NCBI RefSeq assembly: GCF_001642725.1
Contig: NZ_LSUQ01000031.1
Span: forward strand, 1 to 32,855
Origin: Ferroacidibacillus organovorans
GTDB taxonomy: Bacteria; Bacillota; Bacilli; Alicyclobacillales; SLC66
DNA length: 32,855 nt
Direction of reading: 5' to 3'
The notes beneath the pieces are model-generated. The model had not been told where the DNA came from. It saw only the letters and a list, made by a program, of their open reading frames with translations, and did not search any database. A program made the position numbers and the translations under genes. Of this stretch, positions 1 to 13,172 are shown piece by piece (position 1 is the first letter of the stretch; every line of letters starts with the position of its first letter).

Positions 1-72
1 GAGATGGCACTTTTCATATTATGTCACCCAGTGCGTCCACTGAATTTACACCAATTATACGGACTCAACTGG
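1..72 (-). mobile_element. Terminal fragment (probable left end) of an IS256-family insertion sequence, truncated by the window edge
   Basis: Reverse complement reads CCAGTTGAGTCCGTATAATTGGTGTAAATTCAGTGGACGCACTGGGTGACATAATATGAAAAGTGCCATCTC, nearly identical to 32784-32855. The core AGTCCGTATAATTG(G)TGTAAA resembles the IS256 left inverted repeat as I recall it (GATAAAGTCCGTATAATTGTGTAAAA). No transposase is inside the window. Confidence 0.7.
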
Positions 73-97
73 ATTCGTCACCCACTCATCGAATGGT

Positions 98-340
98 TTA
101 TGAAGTTGATTGGTTAAAATTTCTACGTACAAGATTGATAACGGTACTCATTGACACGACACCTAAAAGGATGGAAATCGATATACCATATATCCATAGA
201 TGTTCCTGTTCTATGGAGTATTCAGGTCCACCCATGGTCTTACCAAGCAATGGATAATAAATAAACCAAAATAATCTGGAACCGAAATGCCATGTCGCGA
301 TTACAGAACAAACGAATACAATGATGGATAACCAAATCAA
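98..340 (-). CDS. Small hypothetical membrane protein (two hydrophobic segments), possibly decaying
   Basis: 80-aa ORF with hydrophobic stretches IWLSIIVFVCSVIA and LWIYGISISILLGVVSM. A strong SD (AAGGAG, 367-362) sits 9 nt before an in-frame ACG at 352 rather than before the TTG at 340. Confidence 0.5.
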   Translation of the reverse strand: MIWLSIIVFVCSVIATWHFGSRLFWFIYYPLLGKTMGGPEYSIEQEHLWIYGISISILLGVVSMSTVINLVRRNFNQSTS

Positions 341-440
341 CTTGGATTTCGTTTTTAATCACTCCTTAAACGATATCTTTACACCACACCACCCGCATGT
401 CAGACGGAAACTGTCCGTCCCTGTTCGACAAATGATATAG

Positions 441-467
441 ATAAATGCGCCTCACTCGGGGCGCATT
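441..467 (-). terminator. Probable intrinsic terminator of the LysE gene
   Basis: Hairpin AATGCGCCTC-ACTC-GGGGCGCATT, followed on the minus strand by a short T-rich tail, about 30 bp after the lysE stop. Confidence 0.55.
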
Positions 468-497
468 GAATGGATGATCATGAGGGATTTTATTGCG

Positions 498-1166
498 CTA
501 TTGGCTTGATTTCAATCGTAAACGATGAGGAAATAGGGGGTAGAGTGTGCTGTGAATGAACGTCCATAACATTTCCAGTGCAAAATAGGCCATAGCCAAA
601 CTCGAAATTGTAAAAATTCCACGTAGCAACTTTGCACCGACATATTTGCGTGACCATGCTACCAACGCGGAAATACCAATGCACCAAGCAAATGCGCCAA
701 CCGAAAAACCAAGGAATAACAGTAAAAGTTTATCAATCAACGGCATGCCTGCAATATGACTCGCAAAACCACCACCGATGCCACCCCAGAAAGCGATGCC
801 AAAGGGATTGGCTAACGAAAAAACGACTCCTGTAATGAAATCTCGTTGTTCCTTTTTATCGTGATTCAAGGTCAAATCGAGTGGTTTTCGAGCGTCTAAA
901 AAGGATAACCATGCCATTCGCAGTAAAAAGGTGATTCCTGCGATGCCCAAAATGATACGGATAGACAAAAAATGAAATACAAGCGCAACCCCTGTTAGAC
1001 CAATTATTGCCCAGACCAAATCGCCTAAAAGAGCACCAATTTGAACCAAAAAGGAAGCAGCAAAACCCCTCTGCAAACCTCTACGCAGCGCTTCGGTATT
1101 TACAGCACCTGGAGCCGCACTGTAAACAAAACCGAGTATGCATGCCGTGATCAATAAAACACTCAT
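498..1166 (-). CDS. LysE/RhtB-family amino-acid or small-molecule exporter
   Basis: N-terminal APGAVN...LRRG...GF...QIGALLGDL motif and GVVFSLANP motif typical of LysE translocators; about 6 TM segments; SD AGAGGGGG upstream. Confidence 0.9.
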   Translation of the reverse strand: MSVLLITACILGFVYSAAPGAVNTEALRRGLQRGFAASFLVQIGALLGDLVWAIIGLTGVALVFHFLSIRIILGIAGITFLLRMAWLSFLDARKPLDLTLNHDKKEQRDFITGVVFSLANPFGIAFWGGIGGGFASHIAGMPLIDKLLLLFLGFSVGAFAWCIGISALVAWSRKYVGAKLLRGIFTISSLAMAYFALEMLWTFIHSTLYPLFPHRLRLKSSQ

Positions 1167-1250
1167 TTATTCGCCCCCCTCTGAGTTATGATAGTTGATA
1201 AGCGCGGCCACCGTCTAGTTGCTTCAGCTATGTTGACGATTCCAACAAAT

Positions 1251-1281
1251 TTGACTCTCCCGTCGGGGGAGAATGTAGTCT
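1251..1281 (+). promoter_or_regulatory. MerR-type promoter/operator (19-bp spacer with dyad)
   Basis: -35 TTGACT (1251-1256), 19-bp spacer, -10 TAGTCT (1276-1281). Inverted repeat TCTCCC-N5-GGGAGA (1256-1272) lies in the spacer, directly upstream of a MerR-family gene. Confidence 0.8.
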
Positions 1282-1300
1282 TTGACTGAAGGTGATGCAG

Positions 1301-2254
1301 ATGATAAACGGGTATTACTCCATTGGTGAAACAGCTTCCCTAACGGGGCTTACGGTCAAAACCATCCGCCACTATGCAAACGAGAATGTGGTCGCTCCAT
1401 CCGTCCTCTCAGAGAAAGGGTATCGCTTGTATGCTCCGAGCGACATTTGGAGGTTGGCGTTGGTACGTCTTTTGCGGAATATGGAGTTTAATTTGCCGCA
1501 AGTTCGAAGCATTCTCAACCAATCCGCTGACATCCCATCCGTGATTCGGTGGCAAAAAGATATCTTGGACTTGCAGATAAGACACCTGACCGATGTGCGT
1601 TCACGATTGGAACAAATCCCGTTTAGTACCTTAAGCGATGCATCGCTTACACACCTTCATATGATTCTGGAGGCGATGAACATGAGTAAAGAAGACAAGC
1701 AGGCGTGGTTGACAGATCGATGGTCCGAGGTAATGATCCCAGAGGATGCTTCGGAAGATTGGAAAATAGCATTTTTACAGCAGTTAAAGGATTCCCTTCC
1801 TACGGAATGGAACGCCGAGCAAATAAGGGCGTGGACTGAATTACAAGAGTTTCTCGAAGCTCCCATGTATCGTGATCAGTTACGGGAAACTGTACGCCCA
1901 TTCTGGCAGTTGCTTGAAAAACGAACCATTGAACCCGACGATTGGCGAACTTTGATGGGTAAAGTAATGGATCGAGCCATTGTAGCGAGTCAAGCATCAC
2001 TAACGGTTGACGACTCAGAAGTTCAGTCGATCGTGGAAGAATGGATCAACGTATTCTCAACCGTTTTTCATCTTCCCGTCGATGAGACGTTCATTGCAAG
2101 GTTCTCGTACTATGCGGAATTGGTGGTGTGTGAACCGAACAAGCGGCTTTGGGAGATCATGATTCGACTTAATCCAGAGAAAATGGAGTCTCCCTTTCGT
2201 GCGCAAGTATTGATGCTTGAAGGATTACGTTGGAAATTAAAACAGATGAAATAG
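1301..2254 (+). CDS. MerR-family transcriptional regulator (Mta/TipA-like, large C-terminal effector region)
   Basis: N-terminal YSIGETASLTGLTVKTIRHY...GYRLY...IWRLALVRLLRNMEFNLPQVRSIL is a MerR HTH. Start placed at ATG 1301 after AAGGTG (the ORF track opens at 1292). Confidence 0.9.
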   Translation: MINGYYSIGETASLTGLTVKTIRHYANENVVAPSVLSEKGYRLYAPSDIWRLALVRLLRNMEFNLPQVRSILNQSADIPSVIRWQKDILDLQIRHLTDVRSRLEQIPFSTLSDASLTHLHMILEAMNMSKEDKQAWLTDRWSEVMIPEDASEDWKIAFLQQLKDSLPTEWNAEQIRAWTELQEFLEAPMYRDQLRETVRPFWQLLEKRTIEPDDWRTLMGKVMDRAIVASQASLTVDDSEVQSIVEEWINVFSTVFHLPVDETFIARFSYYAELVVCEPNKRLWEIMIRLNPEKMESPFRAQVLMLEGLRWKLKQMK

Positions 2255-2553
2255 ACGACCATGCATGCTTAGTGAGCAGATTCCTAATTTGTGGAATCTG
2301 CTCACGTAGTAATGATAGTGTGGAATGAACTTGTACCACACTCTTCCAATTCGGATCATCGGCACCTGTTTCCCTCATGTAACAAGACCTTCGGTCTTTT
2401 GCCGAAAACGGGGCCCTTATGTGAAGTGCACGTGGACTCCTGTCTTGGGACTTTAGACGCTGTGGATGTTTTTTTGCTGCTGAGGTGAGGATCGCTTTCG
2501 CTGATACTCGGATCGGCACTATGCAATTCACCCCTATAAGGATTCTGGATATG

Positions 2554-2586
2554 AAAATAAAGCAGCCTCCAGAAAGCTGCTGTTTT
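2554..2586 (-). terminator. Intrinsic terminator downstream of tRNA-Arg
   Basis: Minus strand AGCAGCTTTCTGGAGGCTGCT followed by TTATTTT, about 10 nt after the tRNA CCA. Confidence 0.7.
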
Positions 2587-2590
2587 AGTG

Positions 2591-2665
2591 TGGTGCGCCC
2601 GAAGGGAATCGAACCCCTACCTCAGGCTCCGGAGGCCTACGTCCTATCCATTGGACCACGGGCGC
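2591..2665 (-). tRNA. tRNA-Arg (anticodon CCG)
   Basis: Minus strand GCGCCCG...TAGGC-CT-CCG-GA-GCCTG...GGTTCGATTCC...CGGGCGC-A-CCA: acceptor stem, T-loop and encoded CCA; 75 nt. Confidence 0.97.
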
Positions 2666-2687
2666 ATGATTTTGATGCAACAAATGA

Positions 2688-2716
2688 AGTATACAGGGAT
2701 GATGGGGGCAACGCAA
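2688..2716 (-). promoter_or_regulatory. SigA-type promoter of tRNA-Arg
   Basis: Minus strand TTGCGT-17 bp-TATACT, ending about 22 nt upstream of the tRNA 5' end. Confidence 0.7.
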
Positions 2717-2859
2717 CTAAAGGCGAAATGGACTGAAAATCGGTAGGGAACGAATTGAGTTGTGAATTCGTGATTTGTTGACGGTGTGGTGGTGTTTGGG
2801 ATGTGGTTCACTTTACGAAGTGAGGGATTTGGCGTAGCATGGGGTTGGGAGGGATTGGC

Positions 2860-3675
2860 TTGAGAATGCGATCCATTGTTGCAGGATTGGCGACTGTGGT
2901 TGTGCTTGGAACTGTGGCCGGGGTCGCTTTGAAGAATTCGGCGGTTGTCAGCGTGGGAACATCTGCGATCGGGAGTGCACTCGGAAAACTGACCGGGCAC
3001 GCGTCGCACGGGTTATCGGGGGTTCGCGCGCTGTCGCATGGGAAAACGGCTTCTGCGAAAAATCTTGTATCGACGAACAATGCACCGCCGCCGACACCTG
3101 TTGTTATCGACGGTGTGAGCATGCGCTATAACCCCTATAAACCTTCTGATGGTGCATACCCTAGCCTGGCTTTGGTTAAGCATCTATGGATTGACGTGAG
3201 CGTCGATCAACAACTCGTGTATATCATGAATGGCAATCATGTCTTATATACGATGGTGACATCGACCGGACTCGATACGGTGCCAGGGAATAGTACGCCG
3301 CTAGGGGTCTATCACGTACAGGCGGAGCGGGGAACATGGTTTTACGCGCCGCAGTATCAGATGGGTGCCCAGTACTGGGTTTCTTGGCTCGGGCATGGTG
3401 TCTTTCTCTTTCACTCGGTGACGGAGACGATCCATCATAAATTGATTCCGACTGTCGCCGCCAAGCTCCTGAGCAAAGCGTCGCACGGATGTTTCCATCT
3501 CACAATTCCTGATGCACAGTGGGTGTACAACCACATTCCTTACCACACGACGGTCGTCGTAGAACAGGCGCCTGTCCGCTTGTTGAAGCACCAAATCTAC
3601 AAACCGTCCAGCGAGCAAAAGGCGGCCGCATTGACGAATCCGCCAGGTGGCGCAAACTCGATGCAGTCATCCTGA
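2860..3675 (+). CDS. L,D-transpeptidase (YkuD family) with N-terminal membrane anchor or signal
   Basis: IDVSVDQQLVYI...TSTG...TPLGVY...FLFHS...ASHGCFHL catalytic His/Cys motif; hydrophobic N-terminus. TTG 2860 follows GGAGG (the ORF track opens at 2839). Confidence 0.9.
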   Translation: MRMRSIVAGLATVVVLGTVAGVALKNSAVVSVGTSAIGSALGKLTGHASHGLSGVRALSHGKTASAKNLVSTNNAPPPTPVVIDGVSMRYNPYKPSDGAYPSLALVKHLWIDVSVDQQLVYIMNGNHVLYTMVTSTGLDTVPGNSTPLGVYHVQAERGTWFYAPQYQMGAQYWVSWLGHGVFLFHSVTETIHHKLIPTVAAKLLSKASHGCFHLTIPDAQWVYNHIPYHTTVVVEQAPVRLLKHQIYKPSSEQKAAALTNPPGGANSMQSS

Positions 3676-3701
3676 ACTTGATTTGTAAAATTTACGAATA
3701 G

Positions 3702-3745
3702 AAAACACCAGCTGCTGGATCGCCCCAGAAGGCTGGTGTTTTTTT
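3702..3745. terminator. Bidirectional intrinsic terminator between convergent genes
   Basis: AAAACACCAGC...GCTGGTGTTTTTTT with an inner CTGG/CCAG stem. Confidence 0.8.
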
Positions 3746-3791
3746 CGCTTCGACAGTTTGTTTGATGTTTATGTTGATCAGTTTCTGTTAA

Positions 3792-4595
3792 TCAGTGTTG
3801 TCCACCGTCAAGGATCTCGCGTTGTCGCCGTGCGGTGGCGTCAAGTACGCGATCAAAAAGAGACTCATCCATTTTCATCAGTTCTGTAAGTCCGGCCTCC
3901 GTCACACCGCCAGGCACGGCAACCCGTTCGATGACCGTTGTAAAGTTATAGATTTCAGACGCGACGAGGGCGCCAAGCCCCTCCATCATGTGGGCAATTA
4001 GCATCTGGGCGGTCGCCATGTCCACGCCTTTTTGACAGGCGGCCTTTTGAAACAAGAACGCCAGGTGAGAAAAAAAGGCGGGTGCGCAACTGGTCAGGTC
4101 TGAGTAGATGCGCACGTCCTCTTCGGCAATCGTGTGAATTCTTCCAATGCAAGACAGCGTGTCGACAAACGCACTCCTGTCATGTGCGCGCCAGCGTTCG
4201 CTGAACATGACGAGCGCGACGCCCGCATTTGCGCGCTGCGTGACGGAGGGAATCAGCTTGCAGACGAGACTGTTGCAAAAGGTTTCAAGCTCGCACAGAG
4301 AGATTGAACTACACGTAGAGATCACCCATTGATCTTTGCGCAGTGAATTCCCAATTTCATGCATCACGGTGCGCAGATCATTTGGGCGAAGGCAGAGAAA
4401 AATCTGATCCGCGCGATCGATCGCCTCATCTAACGTGCGCACGGCTCGAATGGTTTCAGGAAACGCATTTGCGAGTGTTTCAGCCTTGTCCCAGGTGCGG
4501 TTGTAGACCGTCAACGCAGCATTTGGCGCGGCGACTGCAAGGGCGGTGGCAAGCATGCTGCCGATGCGACCGGTGCCAATCACGCCTAGGCTCAC
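3792..4595 (-). CDS. comER: ComER-like protein (pyrroline-5-carboxylate reductase family)
   Basis: Rossmann motif IGTGRIG, then VYNRT, IPSVTQRANAGVALV, SDLTSCAPAF and RVAVPGGVTEAG, which follow the ComER branch of the ProC family. GTG 4595 follows GGAGG (the ORF track opens at 4625). Confidence 0.75.
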   Translation of the reverse strand: MSLGVIGTGRIGSMLATALAVAAPNAALTVYNRTWDKAETLANAFPETIRAVRTLDEAIDRADQIFLCLRPNDLRTVMHEIGNSLRKDQWVISTCSSISLCELETFCNSLVCKLIPSVTQRANAGVALVMFSERWRAHDRSAFVDTLSCIGRIHTIAEEDVRIYSDLTSCAPAFFSHLAFLFQKAACQKGVDMATAQMLIAHMMEGLGALVASEIYNFTTVIERVAVPGGVTEAGLTELMKMDESLFDRVLDATARRQREILDGGQH

Positions 4596-4632
4596 AAGGA
4601 TCCCTCCACTCCTACACGATGTCATCTACAAG

Positions 4633-4661
4633 AGAATATGCTGACTAGAGGGTGAATACGC
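4633..4661 (-). promoter_or_regulatory. Candidate sigma-E (mother-cell sporulation) promoter for comER
   Basis: Minus strand GCGTATT-14 bp-CATATTCT fits the Bacillus SigE pattern (ATA-like -35, about 14-bp spacer, CATAnnnT -10). Confidence 0.45.
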
Positions 4662-4737
4662 CTTATAGGCTCGGCAGGACTTTTTACCTTTGTCGCGAAA
4701 TATAAATCGAGGAACCATGCGCTTAGGGGGAAGGCTG

Positions 4738-6087
4738 ATGCGGCAACACGTGGAGCTTGTACTCGCCCAGCAACAGCGGCTTGCGATGACGCACACCATG
4801 CAGCAAGCGGTGGCTATCCTGCAAATGGGAACGATTGAACTGTGGAACTTTACGGAAACTGCACTTCTCGAAAATCCTCTGCTAGAGCGGGCGCAGGATG
4901 ATTTGCGCGCGCAATTTGAACAATCCCTTGCGACAACCAAACGCGAGTGGCGAGAGCGTCAGCGGCTGCGCGGTTTGGGGCAGCGCGAAGACGCCGCGTC
5001 CCTCATGAAAGATGAGCGCGTGACATCGCTTTCTGGTGCGCTTCGCGAACAAGTGGGGTTCCTCGCGATTCACGAGCGGACGGCGCGCATCCTGCGCGGG
5101 CTTATCGATTGTCTGGATGAGCGAGGATATTTGGAGCTTACGACGGCAGAATTGGCGTCCGCCTTTCATGTATCTGAGCTTGAGATTGACTCGGCGCGTT
5201 CGATTTTGCAAGGCTTTGAACCACGCGGTGTCGGTGCGCGTGATTTAAACGAATGCCTCACGCTGCAATTACTGGATCGAGCGCCGTCGGATGTTCGCTC
5301 ACTCGCGATTGAAATCGTGAACGAGCACCTCGTAGCGCTCGCAGAACCGGGCTATGCGAGACACCTCGCGCGACAACTGCGCACAACGTCAGAACGCGTG
5401 GAGGAGGCCGTTGCGCTGATCCGCGCCACCGATCCGCGACCGGGACTGCGATACACACAGAATGAAACCGAATACATCGTGCCTGATGTGAGTGTGATCC
5501 AGGTCGGTGCGCACTATGTCACAGTCGTCAATGATTGGTCTGTACCTTCACTGCGTATTTCACAACTCTATGAGTCGTGTTTAAAACGGGGATCGCGTGA
5601 AGACCAAGCGTATCTTCAGCGCCAGTGGGTAGAGGCAAAAACACTGATCCGAAGCATTGATGCAAGGCAGCGGACACTCCAGCGCGTGTGTGATCTGATG
5701 GTCGAGTATCAGGAGGATTTTTTTCATCAAGGGCCGTCTGGACTTCGTCCACTCACGATGAAGGCCGTGGCGGATGCGCTTCATCTGCACGTGTCGACGG
5801 TCAGTAGGACAGTTGCCGGAAAGTATGTGCAGACGCCGCAGGGAACAGTGGAATTGCGGAGATTCTTTGTGAATGGACTGCCTTCGGCGCAAGGTGAGGA
5901 CATCTCGTCGACCCAACTGCAAGGGATGATTCGCCGAATGATCGAGCAAGAGCGTGGCGCGCATCCGCTGTCTGATCGGGAAATCGCGGAGCGCCTTTTT
6001 GCGATGGGCAATCGGGTTTCCCGGCGCACGGTCGCCAAGTACCGTGAGGAGATGGGTTTTAAAGCGTCTTCGCGTCGGAAACGGTAG
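4738..6087 (+). CDS. rpoN: RNA polymerase sigma-54 factor (SigL)
   Basis: Gln/Leu-rich region I (QQQRLAMT...QQAVAILQM), ENPLLE, GVGARDLNECL, PLTMKAVADALHLHVSTVSR HTH and RpoN box SRRTVAKYRE. Start uncertain (4717 or 4738). Confidence 0.97.
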   Translation: MRQHVELVLAQQQRLAMTHTMQQAVAILQMGTIELWNFTETALLENPLLERAQDDLRAQFEQSLATTKREWRERQRLRGLGQREDAASLMKDERVTSLSGALREQVGFLAIHERTARILRGLIDCLDERGYLELTTAELASAFHVSELEIDSARSILQGFEPRGVGARDLNECLTLQLLDRAPSDVRSLAIEIVNEHLVALAEPGYARHLARQLRTTSERVEEAVALIRATDPRPGLRYTQNETEYIVPDVSVIQVGAHYVTVVNDWSVPSLRISQLYESCLKRGSREDQAYLQRQWVEAKTLIRSIDARQRTLQRVCDLMVEYQEDFFHQGPSGLRPLTMKAVADALHLHVSTVSRTVAGKYVQTPQGTVELRRFFVNGLPSAQGEDISSTQLQGMIRRMIEQERGAHPLSDREIAERLFAMGNRVSRRTVAKYREEMGFKASSRRKR

Positions 6088-6135
6088 CACGCTCGCAAAA
6101 AGACGCTTGAACGTGCGGGCGGTGATACGTTTTTT

Positions 6136-6164
6136 GAGGATCCGCCACATCGCGGGTCCTTTTT
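6136..6164 (+). terminator. Intrinsic terminator of rpoN
   Basis: AGGATCCGC-CACATC-GCGGGTCCT followed by TTTT. Confidence 0.7.
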
Positions 6165-6167
6165 GGC

Positions 6168-6196
6168 TTGCGTCAATAGACAAGGAAACGTATAGT
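6168..6196 (+). promoter_or_regulatory. SigA promoter of the cggR-gapA operon
   Basis: TTGCGT-17 bp-TATAGT immediately upstream of the CggR operator. Confidence 0.8.
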
Positions 6197-6206
6197 AAGG
6201 GTGATC

Positions 6207-6242
6207 CGGGACTCTTTTTGTCTCTGTGGGACGTGTTGTGTC
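6207..6242 (+). promoter_or_regulatory. CggR operator (two direct repeats)
   Basis: CGGGAC-N6-TGTC-N4-TGGGAC-N6-TGTC, matching the established B. subtilis CggR operator architecture, between promoter and cggR. Confidence 0.92.
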
Positions 6243-6273
6243 CCGAAAGCTGAGGGGACGGGAGGCGGTCTTT

Positions 6274-8305
<2,032 letters not shown>

Positions 8306-8309
8306 TTTC

Positions 8310-9509
8310 ATGAGTGAAAACAGTTCATTTCAGACGCTTAGCGATGTGTCTCCAAAAGGGCTGCGCCTATTTGTGCGCGCCGATTTCAACGTGCCGATGG
8401 AGCACGGCGTCATCACGGATGACACGCGGATTCGCGCGGCACTTCCGACGATCAGGGAGCTTGTCGAGCGTGGCGGGCGTGTCATTCTGGCATCGCATCT
8501 CGGACGTCCAAAAGGAAGGGAAGACGCTGCGTACTCCCTCGCCCCAGTTGCCGCGCGACTCGCAGAATACCTGAAACAGCCTGTATCCTTTTGCCCGCAA
8601 AGTGTGGGGGCAGAGGCGCAAGCGGCAGTCGGCGATCTGCGCGACGGAGAGGTGCTTCTTCTTGAAAACGTGCGCTTTCACGCGGGCGAAGAGAAGAATG
8701 ACCCGGAACTCGCCAGGCGCTTTGCGGAACTCGCTGATCTCTATGTTAATGACGCGTTTGGCGCGGCACATCGCGCGCATGCGAGCACAGCCGGGATTGC
8801 CAACCACCTGCGGGCGGTTGCGGGACGGCTGATGGAGCGCGAACTTAACATCATGGGTGCGGCACTGCAAAACCCGGAGCGACCGTTTACGGCGATCATC
8901 GGGGGTGCCAAAGTCAGCGACAAAATCAAGGTGATTGAAAATCTGCTTGAAAAGGTCGACCGCCTCTTGATTGGCGGCGGCATGGCGAACACCTTCTTGC
9001 TCGCGCAGGGCTATCCTGTCGGCAAGTCACTTGTTGAAGCCGAACTCGTTGAAACGGCGCGCGCGCTGATTCGTCAGGCAGCGTCTGCAGGGAAGACGTT
9101 GCTGCTCCCGACGGACCTGATCGTCGCGACACGCTTTGCCGCAGACGCTGATCACCGCGTCGCAGCGCTTGACGCAGTGGGGGAAGAAGAGATGGCGCTT
9201 GACATCGGACCTGACTCGATCAATCGCTATCGCGCGGCGGTTGCGACGTCGCGCACGGTCATCTGGAATGGGCCGATGGGCGTTTTTGAAATGGCGGCGT
9301 TCTCGCACGGAACGCTTGCGGTTGCTCAGGCAGTGGCAGATGTCACAGGGACGACGATCATCGGCGGCGGCGACTCGGTGGCGGCGATTGAGAAAGCAGG
9401 GCTTGCGGACCGCATGACGCACATCTCGACAGGCGGCGGGGCATCTCTTGAGTTCTTGGAAGGTCGCGCGTTACCAGGGGTCGAATCGCTCGCAAGGAGG
9501 AGTCACTGA
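8310..9509 (+). CDS. pgk: Phosphoglycerate kinase
   Basis: [39 protein letters not shown] and [15 protein letters not shown] motifs. ATG 8310 follows GAGGTG. Confidence 0.98.
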   Translation: MSENSSFQTLSDVSPKGLRLFVRADFNVPMEHGVITDDTRIRAALPTIRELVERGGRVILASHLGRPKGREDAAYSLAPVAARLAEYLKQPVSFCPQSVGAEAQAAVGDLRDGEVLLLENVRFHAGEEKNDPELARRFAELADLYVNDAFGAAHRAHASTAGIANHLRAVAGRLMERELNIMGAALQNPERPFTAIIGGAKVSDKIKVIENLLEKVDRLLIGGGMANTFLLAQGYPVGKSLVEAELVETARALIRQAASAGKTLLLPTDLIVATRFAADADHRVAALDAVGEEEMALDIGPDSINRYRAAVATSRTVIWNGPMGVFEMAAFSHGTLAVAQAVADVTGTTIIGGGDSVAAIEKAGLADRMTHISTGGGASLEFLEGRALPGVESLARRSH

Positions 9510-10302
9510 TGCGCACACCGCTGATTGCGGGAAACTGGAAGATGTACAAGACGCGGAAAGAGGCGTTCGCGTTTGTTGACGCGCTAAAAGATTTGCTTGC
9601 GACGTTTGATCCAAAGCGCGTCGAAGGTTGGATTTGTGCGCCTTATCTCGCGCTGGTCGGGTTGCCCGAAGCGCTCGCGGGGACAAGTGTTCGCGTTGGT
9701 GCGCAGAATGTGCATCAGGACAAAGAAGGCGCACACACAGGCGAGGTTTCACTCGCGATGCTAAGCGAAGTGGGCGTCGAGGCGGTCATTCTCGGGCACT
9801 CCGAGCGGCGCGCCGACTGTGGTGAAACGGATCGGGCGGTAGCTGAAAAAACAGAGGCCGTCTTGCTTGCGGGGCTCACGCCGATCGTCTGTGTCGGCGA
9901 GACGCTCGAACAGCGCGAGGGAGGACAAACGGCGGCGCTCATTGCGGCGCAAGTGAGCGCGGTGGTCGAGCATCTGACGCGCGCGGACGCACCGGAAGAA
10001 CTCGCCTCAAAGCTTGCGCGCCTGGTGTTTGCGTATGAGCCGATCTGGGCGATCGGGACGGGCAAAACGGCGTCGGTAGCCGACGCCTCCACAGTCATCA
10101 CGGGAATTCGCGCAACGCTCACGCGCGGCCTTGGCAGTCGCGCAGAGGCGGTGCGCATCTTGTATGGCGGCAGCGTCAAACCGGATAACCTCGGCGCCTT
10201 TCTCGCTGAGCGGGATATCGACGGGGCGCTGGTCGGCGGCGCGAGTCTCGCGCCTGACTCGTTTGCGGCACTGTTAACCGTCGCGGTGGAGGCGAGCGCG
10301 TC

Positions 10303-10306
<4 letters not shown>
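9509..10306 (+). CDS. tpiA: Triosephosphate isomerase
   Basis: [30 protein letters not shown] and LVGGASL motifs; start overlaps the pgk stop. Confidence 0.98.
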
Positions 10307-13171
<2,865 letters not shown>

Positions 13172-13172
13172 G

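Noticed and set aside
21..257. 78-aa plus-strand ORF
   Set aside because: Starts inside the IS end and overlaps the better-supported minus-strand membrane ORF; no recognisable motif.
2399..2420. TTGCCG-N3/4-CGGG-N3/4-TTAT motif, also at 25174-25193, as a possible cassette recombination site in both accessory regions
   Set aside because: Only two short, gapped copies with no array or recombinase; cannot be distinguished from chance without a genome-wide search.
2291..2736. Short ORFs 2291-2488, 2169-2531 and 2485-2736
   Set aside because: No SD or motifs; 2485-2736 is antisense to the tRNA.
6226..6273. ORF-track N-terminal extension of cggR
   Set aside because: Starts within the CggR operator, lacks a suitable SD and extends beyond the homologous N-terminus.
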